Shown here one piece after another: positions 18,221 to 26,330 of a DNA stretch of 32,000 nt. The translations under genes were made by a program, and so were the position numbers. The notes under the pieces were generated by a model that did not search any database, was not told the origin of the DNA, and saw only the letters and a list, made by a program, of their open reading frames with translations. Position 1 is the first letter of the stretch, and every line of letters starts with the position of its first letter. This DNA is from an uncultured Cytophagia bacterium (GTDB lineage Bacteria > Zhuqueibacterota > Zhuqueibacteria > Residuimicrobiales > Oceaniaggregativiventaceae), in NCBI GenBank assembly GCA_964413725.1, contig CAYPUH010000012.1, forward strand, positions 1,389 to 33,388, written 5' to 3'.

Positions 18221-19993
18221 TTATTTCGTATGAGTATTATAGAGTATCCGTTTACCCACCTCTGCCAGAATGACCGGGATATCGCGGATCGCATTGCGGT
18301 CATAGTTTCTGGTATCCTCATCCAGATCTGACCAGGGAACCAGGTTGGGATGAAGTTTATAGGCATCGTCACGTTCTCCGTATTCCCAGCCATGGATCCA
18401 TTTTTCCGCATTCCAGCGGTTGTGTTCAGCTTTTGCCAGAGACTCGATCATCGCCGCACCAAGATGTCGTTCCATTTCGTCCCCGTCAGGTTCGGGATCG
18501 CCTGTGGTGCGGTCGATGATTTCCGCTCCGGCACAACGCAGCTTTACCTTCAGGTGATCGGCCTGGCTTCGGTTACTCGCCTTATACTCTTCCGGCAAAA
18601 TCGACCAGGGTACGGCTGCCGGTTTGAGCGGGATTCCTTTCTCTTTGAGTTTTTTGAGCTCTCCCTCCAGATAGCGGGCGTGGATATGCCTGGCCATGTG
18701 ATCGAGTTCTTCATCGATCACGTACAGAGGCGAAGCGGATTCTCTTTCGGGGTCGAGGAAGAACAGACGGTTCCGGTCCTCCCGCATTGTTTTATTCGGG
18801 ATAAAACCCGAGTTGCAGGACGCGATGATCCTGAACGGTGTTTCGGTCTTGATCAGCTGCAGCCAGGAGATCAGAGAAAAGAGAACCGTGTCGTTATCGA
18901 CAAAGAGATAGACAACGTCATAACGGTTCCGCACCAGCCGGTCTGATAATTCCGGTTTGGTGAGGCTCTCCAACTCTCTGTCGATCCACTCGATTTCGAG
19001 GAGATTCTGAATGTGATGAGTCCGCCCGATATACTTTTGAAAGCCATTCGAGCGGTTGCTATCGATCACTGTGACACGGGCTTTTTCTGTGTTGATATAC
19101 TGTCCCAGCAAGGCATGCTGGGTCAGAAATGACCGGGCGAGAGTGTTGAATCCGAGGATGAGGATGCCGGGGGGTGGGGTCGTATTTTGGGTGACCGGTT
19201 TAAAGACATCCGGTGCGACTTTTTTATACAGCAGCCGGGCGCTGTTCTCGTAGGGGTTGAACACGCGGGCATCAAAATTGTCGGTGTTTTGGATAAAAAC
19301 CTCGTGGTGCTGGAGCTCCCGTTTGAGAGCCGGATCCGTGATCATGGCATAGGCGGTGAGGAAACGACTTTGTTTATGGTCCTCCTTGATGTGGAACAGC
19401 CCTTTGATGATCGACACATTGATAAAATCGTTGTCGGTTACGGCAAAGATATAGCGAGCGTGCTCGGCTTTAATCTGTCTAAAGACATCGGCGTCTGTGG
19501 GATTGTGTTTCAGAAACAGGACTTTCGAGGTTTTGAGTGAGGTGATCCAGGCGTTACCCGGATGTTCCGTGACGACCAGGATTTTGTTGTGCTGTCCTCC
19601 GGAAGGCGTTTTCATGTGGACACGGCTAAAGTTATCGATCATGGGGGCCAGAGAGTCATTATACCCCAAAAAGACAATGTGGTCACGCAGACGGATCATT
19701 CTGATGCGATAGAGATCGTCCGCGACAAAGGAGAGCGCAGTCTTGATGGCGGTCGTGGCCAGCAACAGAGGGGATAACCAGCGCGCAACATTGAGTAGAG
19801 AGAAAAACGCGACATCGTCCTCAACGGCTCCGGATTCGAGGATGAACAACTGGATCGAGAGATAGAGCGATTTGAGAACATCCCCGGCACCGGCATCGGT
19901 ACGATAAAAACCGATGGTTCCGGCCACGGTCAGGAGTACCGCACAGGCGCCGAGGAGATACCATTCGTAGCGTTTGATAACCTGGTTGAACAT
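18221..19993 (-). CDS. Membrane protein: 2-TM pore-loop-like N-terminus + two degenerate TrkA_N/RCK Rossmann domains + C-terminal bipartite RyR-repeat module
   Basis: 590 aa. TM1 is WYLLGACAVLLTVAGTIGFY. A P-loop-like stretch follows (SLYLSIQLFILESGAVEDD), then TM2 (FFSLLNVARWLSPLLLATTAI). The RCK-like blocks are HIVFLGYNDSLAPMI...VLFLKHNPTDADVFRQIKAEHARYIFAVTDNDFINVSII and GILILGFNTLARSFL. The C-terminus (SLAKAEHNRWNAEKWIHGWEYGERDDAYKLHPNLVPWSDLDEDTRNYDRNAIRDIPVIL) closely matches the RyR-domain consensus. A second RyR-like repeat (MARHIHARYLEG...VPWSILPEEYKASNRSQADHLKVKL) precedes it. Confidence 0.8.
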   Translation of the reverse strand: MFNQVIKRYEWYLLGACAVLLTVAGTIGFYRTDAGAGDVLKSLYLSIQLFILESGAVEDDVAFFSLLNVARWLSPLLLATTAIKTALSFVADDLYRIRMIRLRDHIVFLGYNDSLAPMIDNFSRVHMKTPSGGQHNKILVVTEHPGNAWITSLKTSKVLFLKHNPTDADVFRQIKAEHARYIFAVTDNDFINVSIIKGLFHIKEDHKQSRFLTAYAMITDPALKRELQHHEVFIQNTDNFDARVFNPYENSARLLYKKVAPDVFKPVTQNTTPPPGILILGFNTLARSFLTQHALLGQYINTEKARVTVIDSNRSNGFQKYIGRTHHIQNLLEIEWIDRELESLTKPELSDRLVRNRYDVVYLFVDNDTVLFSLISWLQLIKTETPFRIIASCNSGFIPNKTMREDRNRLFFLDPERESASPLYVIDEELDHMARHIHARYLEGELKKLKEKGIPLKPAAVPWSILPEEYKASNRSQADHLKVKLRCAGAEIIDRTTGDPEPDGDEMERHLGAAMIESLAKAEHNRWNAEKWIHGWEYGERDDAYKLHPNLVPWSDLDEDTRNYDRNAIRDIPVILAEVGKRILYNTHTK

Positions 19994-20095
19994 GGGATTC
20001 CCGCTTTTTCATTACCAGGGGTCATCAGACCCAAATATTTTTAATATCTTTGGATGGATCGATGCATGCATTATTCATATTTTGACATGCCGGGA

Positions 20096-22372
20096 TCAGG
20101 CATCGAAAAATTGAATAGATCGAAGACAATTGCCGTCAAGAGCTCGGGTGATATAACCGGACCGGAATCGCAGATCAAATTTCACCAGCCCGCACACGCG
20201 AATATGCTGTTGATCGGTGGGGGGCGCTGACATATAGAGAGATCGGCTCTGACCATCCTTCATCACAAGATCGATTCTTCTCCAGATACACTCGCGCTTG
20301 ACATGATGTTTGTCGAGCCTGCTAAACCGGATGGTTTGATCATCGATGGTGATTTCTGTAACGTCTCGAAGATCGATTCGGATTTTTTGCGGTTCAATTC
20401 CCGGATCTTCCGGAGCCCCCTCGAGTGCCGTGAGTGCCAGTGATTTGATTCCTTTAAATTCGATTTTCTTGCCGGTGTGATACACAAACTCGCCTTTAAG
20501 CGCATTCCAGTCCACAGAGTCTGCAAAGGGAACAGCCCGGGTCTGTAACCGAACCGAGTCCACGCTTTCCACCGGCACGGCTCGCATTCTGCCATCTACG
20601 GCAATATTGATCGATGAAACCTGTTCACCACAGCCCGCTCCCCGGGATACCGCCAGGAGCACATCATGACGTGTATCATCGATGAGGCTGACCGCTACCT
20701 GCCTCCAGACACACTGAACGGGTCTGTTCTCTTTGTGTGCGGAAAAATAGATGGTTTTTGTTGCCTCGATTGTTTCTCCAAATACCAGGGACTTTATATA
20801 TTGCAGATTGATCCTGATTTTGGTGGGACGGATCTGATCATCATCGGAGGGTTCTTCAGTAAAATCCAGATGGTCGCCGCTCATGTCGGTATGTCTGGCG
20901 ATTTGGGTGAAGGTGGTTTTCTCTCCGTTTATGAGCGTCAGTTCGCCCGGAATGTGGTTGTCATAGTTGCTTTTGGGTTGATAGAATGTACGCCATTCAC
21001 CGGCATCGACAGGATGGCTTCCGGACTTTACAGTGGGTCTCTCAACATTCTGCGGGCTGTTCTTTTTTTCCAGCTCTTGAATCAATTTGTCCAGAGCTTG
21101 TTTTTTGCCCCGCACACTTTGTGTGACGAGTTTTCTGATCCGGTACAATTCTTCCCGGCCGTTTAATTTTTTTACCGCCGCAATCGCCGAACCGTAAAAA
21201 GAGTCCTCGTCGATATCTTCCAATAGATCGAGAATACGGCTGAGGGTTTTCTCACGTTTCGAATCGCCGGTGTACTCCAGTAGGGTCTCTATGATTTTGC
21301 TGTTTGTTGTCCCCCTACTCTCATCCAACAAATCATAGAGATAATTCCATTTTTCAGAATCGGAGAGTGTCGAGATACGAACAGCATCCAGTCCGGGACC
21401 CTGGGTGCTAAAACTCGCTTTGATAGAATATTTGAGAGCCTCGAGTATGGGGTGGGGGTTTTTCTCGCCCTCCGGAGTCGTCAGGCTATAGAACAAGAGT
21501 TTTGCAAGTTTAACCGTCTCACAATGGCCCTTGTGAGTCGACAATCTGAACCGCTCATCGCTGCTCAACCGGCAAAACAAGTCGATCTCTTTTCCCTGCC
21601 ATTTTGAATGAATTTCTCGCCAGATTTGCTTTGAATTTTTGTCCTCAATTCCTCCTACACCAAATGTCTGCAGCTCTATTTTTGAAATGGCGTCAAGAAT
21701 ATATTGTTTGACCTCCTTTTGTGAGACCTGTGGATCCAAAGAGTCATTTTTTGGGGGATTTACTTTAGTTGATTCTGGCTGAGACTCCTGACCCGGGGAT
21801 AGAGTCTGCTGCTTTTTATGTGTAGGCTCCGGAGGTTGGGCACTCGGCCCAGCAGGAGATGTATCTGCGGTTTCAGCGGCATATTTTATTCTTTCGAGAG
21901 TTCTCTCCACAGACTGGAGGATATTCTCCCGTGCACCGAGAAAGTTTTTTCGAGAGTCCGTATAATCGACCAGTGGTGTGACATCACCGGGAATGATTTG
22001 CATCCTGACCAGCCATGAAGCCGGATGGTGGGGTGGAACCGACCAGGGTTCGACCAGGATGGGGACGATCTCGAGGGTTTCACGGCTTTTCTCCTGGATT
22101 CTGGGCAACTCTTTGGTTATGATAAACTCGGAATTGAGGAAATCCCGACTCAATAAAAGAATGGCAATATCCGCCCGATCGATTTCGGCGGCAATTTTCC
22201 GTTCGTATTCGATGCCCGGCAGGGTTTTCAGATCGTGATCGTACCAGACCTTTACGCCCTGCCAGCGAAGGCTGTCCTCCAGAAACGGTATGATCTGAAA
22301 CGGATCGTTTCTATCCACCCAGGAGGAATTTTTATGCGCGTAACTCACGAAAATATTGATTTGTCGATCCAT
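20096..22372 (-). CDS. TIR-domain protein (ThsB-like candidate NADase/signal synthase) with a helical middle region and tandemly duplicated C-terminal domain
   Basis: 758 aa. GAGG lies 5 nt upstream of the ATG at 22370-22372. The N-terminus reads INIFVSYAHKNSSW...GVKVWYDHDLKTLPGIEYERKIAAEIDRADIAILLLSRDFLNSEFIITKELPRI. This matches the TIR_2 pattern (FxSYxxxD/N, w.D, pG, the hhhhS block, then the conserved Glu). A low-complexity P/Q/S linker spans aa 165-220. Two homologous ~140-aa C-terminal repeats follow. Confidence 0.88.
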   Translation of the reverse strand: MDRQINIFVSYAHKNSSWVDRNDPFQIIPFLEDSLRWQGVKVWYDHDLKTLPGIEYERKIAAEIDRADIAILLLSRDFLNSEFIITKELPRIQEKSRETLEIVPILVEPWSVPPHHPASWLVRMQIIPGDVTPLVDYTDSRKNFLGARENILQSVERTLERIKYAAETADTSPAGPSAQPPEPTHKKQQTLSPGQESQPESTKVNPPKNDSLDPQVSQKEVKQYILDAISKIELQTFGVGGIEDKNSKQIWREIHSKWQGKEIDLFCRLSSDERFRLSTHKGHCETVKLAKLLFYSLTTPEGEKNPHPILEALKYSIKASFSTQGPGLDAVRISTLSDSEKWNYLYDLLDESRGTTNSKIIETLLEYTGDSKREKTLSRILDLLEDIDEDSFYGSAIAAVKKLNGREELYRIRKLVTQSVRGKKQALDKLIQELEKKNSPQNVERPTVKSGSHPVDAGEWRTFYQPKSNYDNHIPGELTLINGEKTTFTQIARHTDMSGDHLDFTEEPSDDDQIRPTKIRINLQYIKSLVFGETIEATKTIYFSAHKENRPVQCVWRQVAVSLIDDTRHDVLLAVSRGAGCGEQVSSINIAVDGRMRAVPVESVDSVRLQTRAVPFADSVDWNALKGEFVYHTGKKIEFKGIKSLALTALEGAPEDPGIEPQKIRIDLRDVTEITIDDQTIRFSRLDKHHVKRECIWRRIDLVMKDGQSRSLYMSAPPTDQQHIRVCGLVKFDLRFRSGYITRALDGNCLRSIQFFDA

Positions 22373-22540
22373 ATCACCCTCAATCCTGCCACCCGGATTC
22401 TATGTCAACAGAATTTAATGAAAACGATTTTCCCGAGACGATAGTGCTTAAGGATATGAATTGCCTGTTCAAAAGCGTTACGATATCCCGTTGCATTTTA
22501 AAAGGATCCGGTACCTTGCACCGAACCCGGGTATCGGTTC

Positions 22541-23497
22541 CTAATAGCCATGGAGAAATGCGTTGATGGCATTTTCGTCATTATCGAGAACGATCAGGTT
22601 ATCGTGCTCTCTCCACTCGTGGTCCAGACTCAACGCATCCGCTGCCCGGCCACTGCCGGCGACGACACCCACTCGTGCTCCCAGGGCCAGTGCCAGCCGG
22701 TATTCAAAGGCGGCGATTGTACCGCCATTGATCCCCAGGAGGTGCACCTGTGTCGGCCTGACACCTTGCGCGAGGAGATCGGTCCAGATCTGCAAGGGCT
22801 CCAGATTGGAAAACGTGGACCCTGTGGTATACACCAACCGATCGTAGCGAGGATCAGTTCGAGTGGTGTCCGGGACGTGTTGTGGCAGATAGCCGAACAG
22901 ATGGAACTCTGGAGCAGAGTTGTTGTTGCGAAGGGAGACGGTTGCCTGTCCCACCAGGCCGGGGATGCCGGAGAGGGTTCCTCCGGAGATCACTGTCCCT
23001 GTGCAGTGTTTGAAAACATGGTTCAAGAGTTCGAGATTCTGTGCCTCTTGGGTGTCCGGCATCTGTTCGGCACCCCCTGCGATGATCGTGACGGGTTGGG
23101 AAAAGTGCTCTGTATGAAGAGCGCGATCTTGAAGATATCGGATGGTCTCATCACCGAAATGAACGACTTGTGCCAACATTAAAAGAGTGTCGACACGAGA
23201 GAGAATCGGGGACAGAACAGGATCATCGCCATTCAGCCCGACCAGTCTGTCCCGTTCGAGCTCAACATCTTTGACAGAAAGACGTGTCTGACCTGAAATC
23301 AAAAGATTCACTGCCTTGAGATAGGTGTGTTCGCTCTCCTCCGGCGATTGCTGCAATAACCATCGGCCCAGATTCAGATAGTCTCGGGCCGAACTCCCGT
23401 TCAGACAAGTCTGATTGCGACACGCCGGCATGTCATGATGTTGAGCATTGGCGACGGATTCTTTATTCTGTTTTTGGTTGTCTGCGTTGGGTTTCAC
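22541..23497 (-). CDS. SLOG/LOG-like Rossmannoid protein (candidate nucleotide-signal sensor or processor) with an N-terminal helical extension
   Basis: 318 aa. Three Gly-rich loops occur in LOG/SLOG order: PVTIIAGGAE, GTVISGGTLSGIPGLVGQA and HLLGINGGTIAAFEYRLALALGARVGVVAGSGRAAD. The last is comparable to the LOG PGGxGTxxE motif. The track start is a GTG at 23497, overlapping the upstream gene by 35 nt. The first ATG is at 23429-23431. Confidence 0.65.
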   Translation of the reverse strand: MKPNADNQKQNKESVANAQHHDMPACRNQTCLNGSSARDYLNLGRWLLQQSPEESEHTYLKAVNLLISGQTRLSVKDVELERDRLVGLNGDDPVLSPILSRVDTLLMLAQVVHFGDETIRYLQDRALHTEHFSQPVTIIAGGAEQMPDTQEAQNLELLNHVFKHCTGTVISGGTLSGIPGLVGQATVSLRNNNSAPEFHLFGYLPQHVPDTTRTDPRYDRLVYTTGSTFSNLEPLQIWTDLLAQGVRPTQVHLLGINGGTIAAFEYRLALALGARVGVVAGSGRAADALSLDHEWREHDNLIVLDNDENAINAFLHGY

Positions 23498-26153
23498 GAC
23501 TCGATCCGCTCTGTTCTACAATCACATAACCCGCCAGTGCCAACATGTCGGGATATTTTTTAATGGTGTCGCGATCTTTGTCCTGTTCACCGGAAGACAG
23601 GTCTGAATACATTACCATCGATGGGTGGTGTTTGCGATAATCATTGCGGATCTCTGCAGGTGTCCAGCCCTGGTTTCTTCTGAATTTCATCCAGCCCTCG
23701 TGTTCCTTTTCTGCCAGGACTTCCAGTTGGGATGTGCCGGTGTCCGCATTTTTTTGTTTTAGAAAGGTTGGAAAATTGATCACGGTTTCCGAGGTCAGCT
23801 CAGTTTTGTGGCGGAGTTCCAGTCCCACCGCATTTAGGTTGGTTTGAATACGCCTGGCCGCTTCGATGTTGTCCAATTTGGCATCCATGGGCAGCAAATT
23901 AAAGGCGCGGTCATAGGCATCGGGTTTGATACGGCTGCCGAGCCATGATGCATGAATCCTGGGTGCGAGAATGTCGGCAATCCGATCCTGTTCGCTTTTG
24001 CTGTCGACCACCATAAGCGTTTTAAAATCATCCAGGGGCACACACAGGGACAGCACTGGAGTGGAAGGCAAGCTGGATTGGATGATCCCACCGGGTACGT
24101 CTGATTTGAGATAGGAGAGCAATTTGCTCATGGACCGTGACCCGTTGAGATAATCTGGAATGGAAATCAGGGCATTGAGCACACCCCAATCAATGTGCAG
24201 GGCTTTATTCCCGGTGAGTCTGAGCAATCCACGAATAAACAGAGCTCTTCGGACCGGAAAGCTATAATCTTCCTCGTCTTTTTCCCAGCACCGGGATTCA
24301 AGATTATAAAGCAATCTCGGATTGGGGCCCAGAACATTCAGATATCCATGCAGTCGGCTTTTAAAATCTGGTCCTTTTTTAAAGACAAAATCGTTAAACT
24401 CTTTCAGTTCCCGCTCATGTTTGGTGATCTCTGCGTCGGTTGGGGAAGCGACAAGGGTGGGTTCTTTCGGCCCGAATTGCTCCAATGTATAGCTGGTGGC
24501 ACCGGCAAAGAAAAAGATGCACTTGCCAATGGGGTGGGTCATCTGACCTTCCTGGAACTGTCCGTCCTGCATAGGTGCGAGCAGGTATTGCAGCCATCGG
24601 TATTCCTGGGCATCAAACTCGTCCCAGAACACAAAAGGAGTGTTCCCTCTTAGGGCGGAATCGCGTACCTGATGGAACGCGCCGATCAGATCGTTCGGAT
24701 CGGAAAACTGGGACAAATTAAAGACGAGATAATCAAAGGATTTACCGTTTATGCCCTCTTTTGCCAGTTGTTTGACTGCAAACGATTTTCCGGCACCCGG
24801 AGGACCAAAGATCGCGATAGAAAGGGGTTGCTCCGCATCGCCCTCGCGTACATAGTCAAAGACAAGGTTGCGGATATTTCGCAGGTTTTCAATCTCGGTT
24901 CGATCGACGGTGACATAGTTTTTGATTTTTAATGACGGAACATTAAAGAGTTCCGTTTCTCCATGCTGGACAATGCGCCGGGCCAATACTGCCAGAGGTG
25001 TACGGTTGTGAAGAAAGCCATAGTTGTTTTCGAGCAGCGTCCAGGATTCTATTCTGTGTTCAAAATCCTGATGATCGGGATTGGGGACAAATGATCTGGG
25101 GATGTCTTCCTGCTGTGTAGCGAGTGTTTGGGCTATTGTTTCAGCGGGAAAGGCAGGGGGGTGGGAGCCCTTTTGCAGATGACCGGTGTCCACCAACTGT
25201 TGGTTGGCCCGAATTCCCGTGATGACAGCCTTTTCAAAGTGAGAAACCCGTTTGTCGTGATGTTCAAGGCAGTCTAGGTCGCTGGTCAATCCATAGACAA
25301 AGCCGGCTGTAAATGTGAGTTGATTGCCAATGACGGTTTTGCCTTGACTTTGTGCCCGCTCTCCTTCCATATAGAGTGCGTCAAAAAAGAGGCGGTACTG
25401 GGTAGCGTCCCGTTCGTTTGAGTCGTGAATACAAAAGGTACCTTCCTGACCGATGGTGACGATGATATGGCGGCAGAGTCGACGCAGGTGTTGAAATGGA
25501 CCGTTTGAACGCAGTGCGTAGGCAAGATCGCCGGCAGTGCGTTCCCAGGAGAGCCCTTTGCTGATCATCGCATTTTCGCGCCGCAAATCATTGATAGAAA
25601 TGACAAGGATCAATCTGTTGGTGTTGAGGCGGGTGACTGTATCCCACAACGCGCCGGTACCCAGGGGGCGAGCCATCTTGAGCACCACCCAGGGAGATGG
25701 ATCGGTGGATTCCAGCAACGCGGTTGGCCAGGCCGGTTTGGATGTTTCATTGCGGAATCCCAGATATCCATCGTCGAGAACGACGACGTTTGCCCGGTCA
25801 GGTGCCGTTTCGATCTTGAGAGCGGAATAGTCACACCGGTTGTAGCAGGCATCATTGTATCCCAGCAGGGTTTTGACATGCCAGTGTATGCCATCGTCAT
25901 CGACAGAGGATCTTTGCCATTCGGCGTAGGCTTGTTGTTGAATGGACCGGCGCAAACGGGTGTTCAGACCATAGGATACGGACCGTCCGGATTGCTTCAG
26001 GATAGTGTGGAGCAGCCGTGACCCACCTACAGAGTCTTCGATTCGGGTACCGCTTTTTACTCTGGAACTGGTCTGTTGCCGCTTGCCTTTGTAAATGTTG
26101 TTGTCGATAACCACATCGCCGGTGACATGGATATGGGGAGGGGACGACATCAT
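23463..26153 (-). CDS. Multidomain ATPase: ribokinase/pfkB-like N-domain (degenerate) + classical AAA+ core + C-terminal bipartite RyR-repeat module
   Basis: 896 aa. The Walker A is SIAIFGPPGAGKSFAVKQLAKE, the Walker B is PFVFWDEFDA, and the sensor-1 region is CIFFFAGATS. The C-terminus (LEVLAEKEHEGWMKFRRNQGWTPAEIRNDYRKHHPSMVMYSDLSSGEQDKDRDTIKKYPDML) is an RyR domain, preceded by an RyR-like repeat (ILAPRIHASWLGS...FNLLPMDAKLDNIEAARRIQTNL). The N-terminal ~320 aa show the pfkB motif order: HVTGDVVIDNN, SVGGSRLLHTILKQSG, VVVLDDGYLG, LILVISINDLRRE, IIVTIGQEGTFCI, and VIGNQLTFTAGFVYGL in place of the GAGD block. Confidence 0.8.
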   Translation of the reverse strand: MMSSPPHIHVTGDVVIDNNIYKGKRQQTSSRVKSGTRIEDSVGGSRLLHTILKQSGRSVSYGLNTRLRRSIQQQAYAEWQRSSVDDDGIHWHVKTLLGYNDACYNRCDYSALKIETAPDRANVVVLDDGYLGFRNETSKPAWPTALLESTDPSPWVVLKMARPLGTGALWDTVTRLNTNRLILVISINDLRRENAMISKGLSWERTAGDLAYALRSNGPFQHLRRLCRHIIVTIGQEGTFCIHDSNERDATQYRLFFDALYMEGERAQSQGKTVIGNQLTFTAGFVYGLTSDLDCLEHHDKRVSHFEKAVITGIRANQQLVDTGHLQKGSHPPAFPAETIAQTLATQQEDIPRSFVPNPDHQDFEHRIESWTLLENNYGFLHNRTPLAVLARRIVQHGETELFNVPSLKIKNYVTVDRTEIENLRNIRNLVFDYVREGDAEQPLSIAIFGPPGAGKSFAVKQLAKEGINGKSFDYLVFNLSQFSDPNDLIGAFHQVRDSALRGNTPFVFWDEFDAQEYRWLQYLLAPMQDGQFQEGQMTHPIGKCIFFFAGATSYTLEQFGPKEPTLVASPTDAEITKHERELKEFNDFVFKKGPDFKSRLHGYLNVLGPNPRLLYNLESRCWEKDEEDYSFPVRRALFIRGLLRLTGNKALHIDWGVLNALISIPDYLNGSRSMSKLLSYLKSDVPGGIIQSSLPSTPVLSLCVPLDDFKTLMVVDSKSEQDRIADILAPRIHASWLGSRIKPDAYDRAFNLLPMDAKLDNIEAARRIQTNLNAVGLELRHKTELTSETVINFPTFLKQKNADTGTSQLEVLAEKEHEGWMKFRRNQGWTPAEIRNDYRKHHPSMVMYSDLSSGEQDKDRDTIKKYPDMLALAGYVIVEQSGSSRETQRRQPKTE

Positions 26154-26330
26154 GGGGGTCCTTTCGTCATCATATGTTTTTTTATCGGACAGGAGTGAAA
26201 ACAGGGTGGAGCAGGATCCCGACTCTGCCCGACCCGAAAAATATACGAGAATGAGGAGTTAAACACAACAGGATTGTGGTTTTCCTGACATGTTCAGCAA
26301 TGACAATACGGATTGCACGGTATGACAGGT

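Noticed and set aside
22550-23182. 210-aa plus-strand ORF opposite the SLOG gene. Similar antisense ORFs occur inside genes A, C and D (for example 20666-21166, 24195-24653 and 18350-18946).
   Set aside because: All lie antisense to ORFs with clear domain signatures, and none has recognisable motifs or a convincing RBS.
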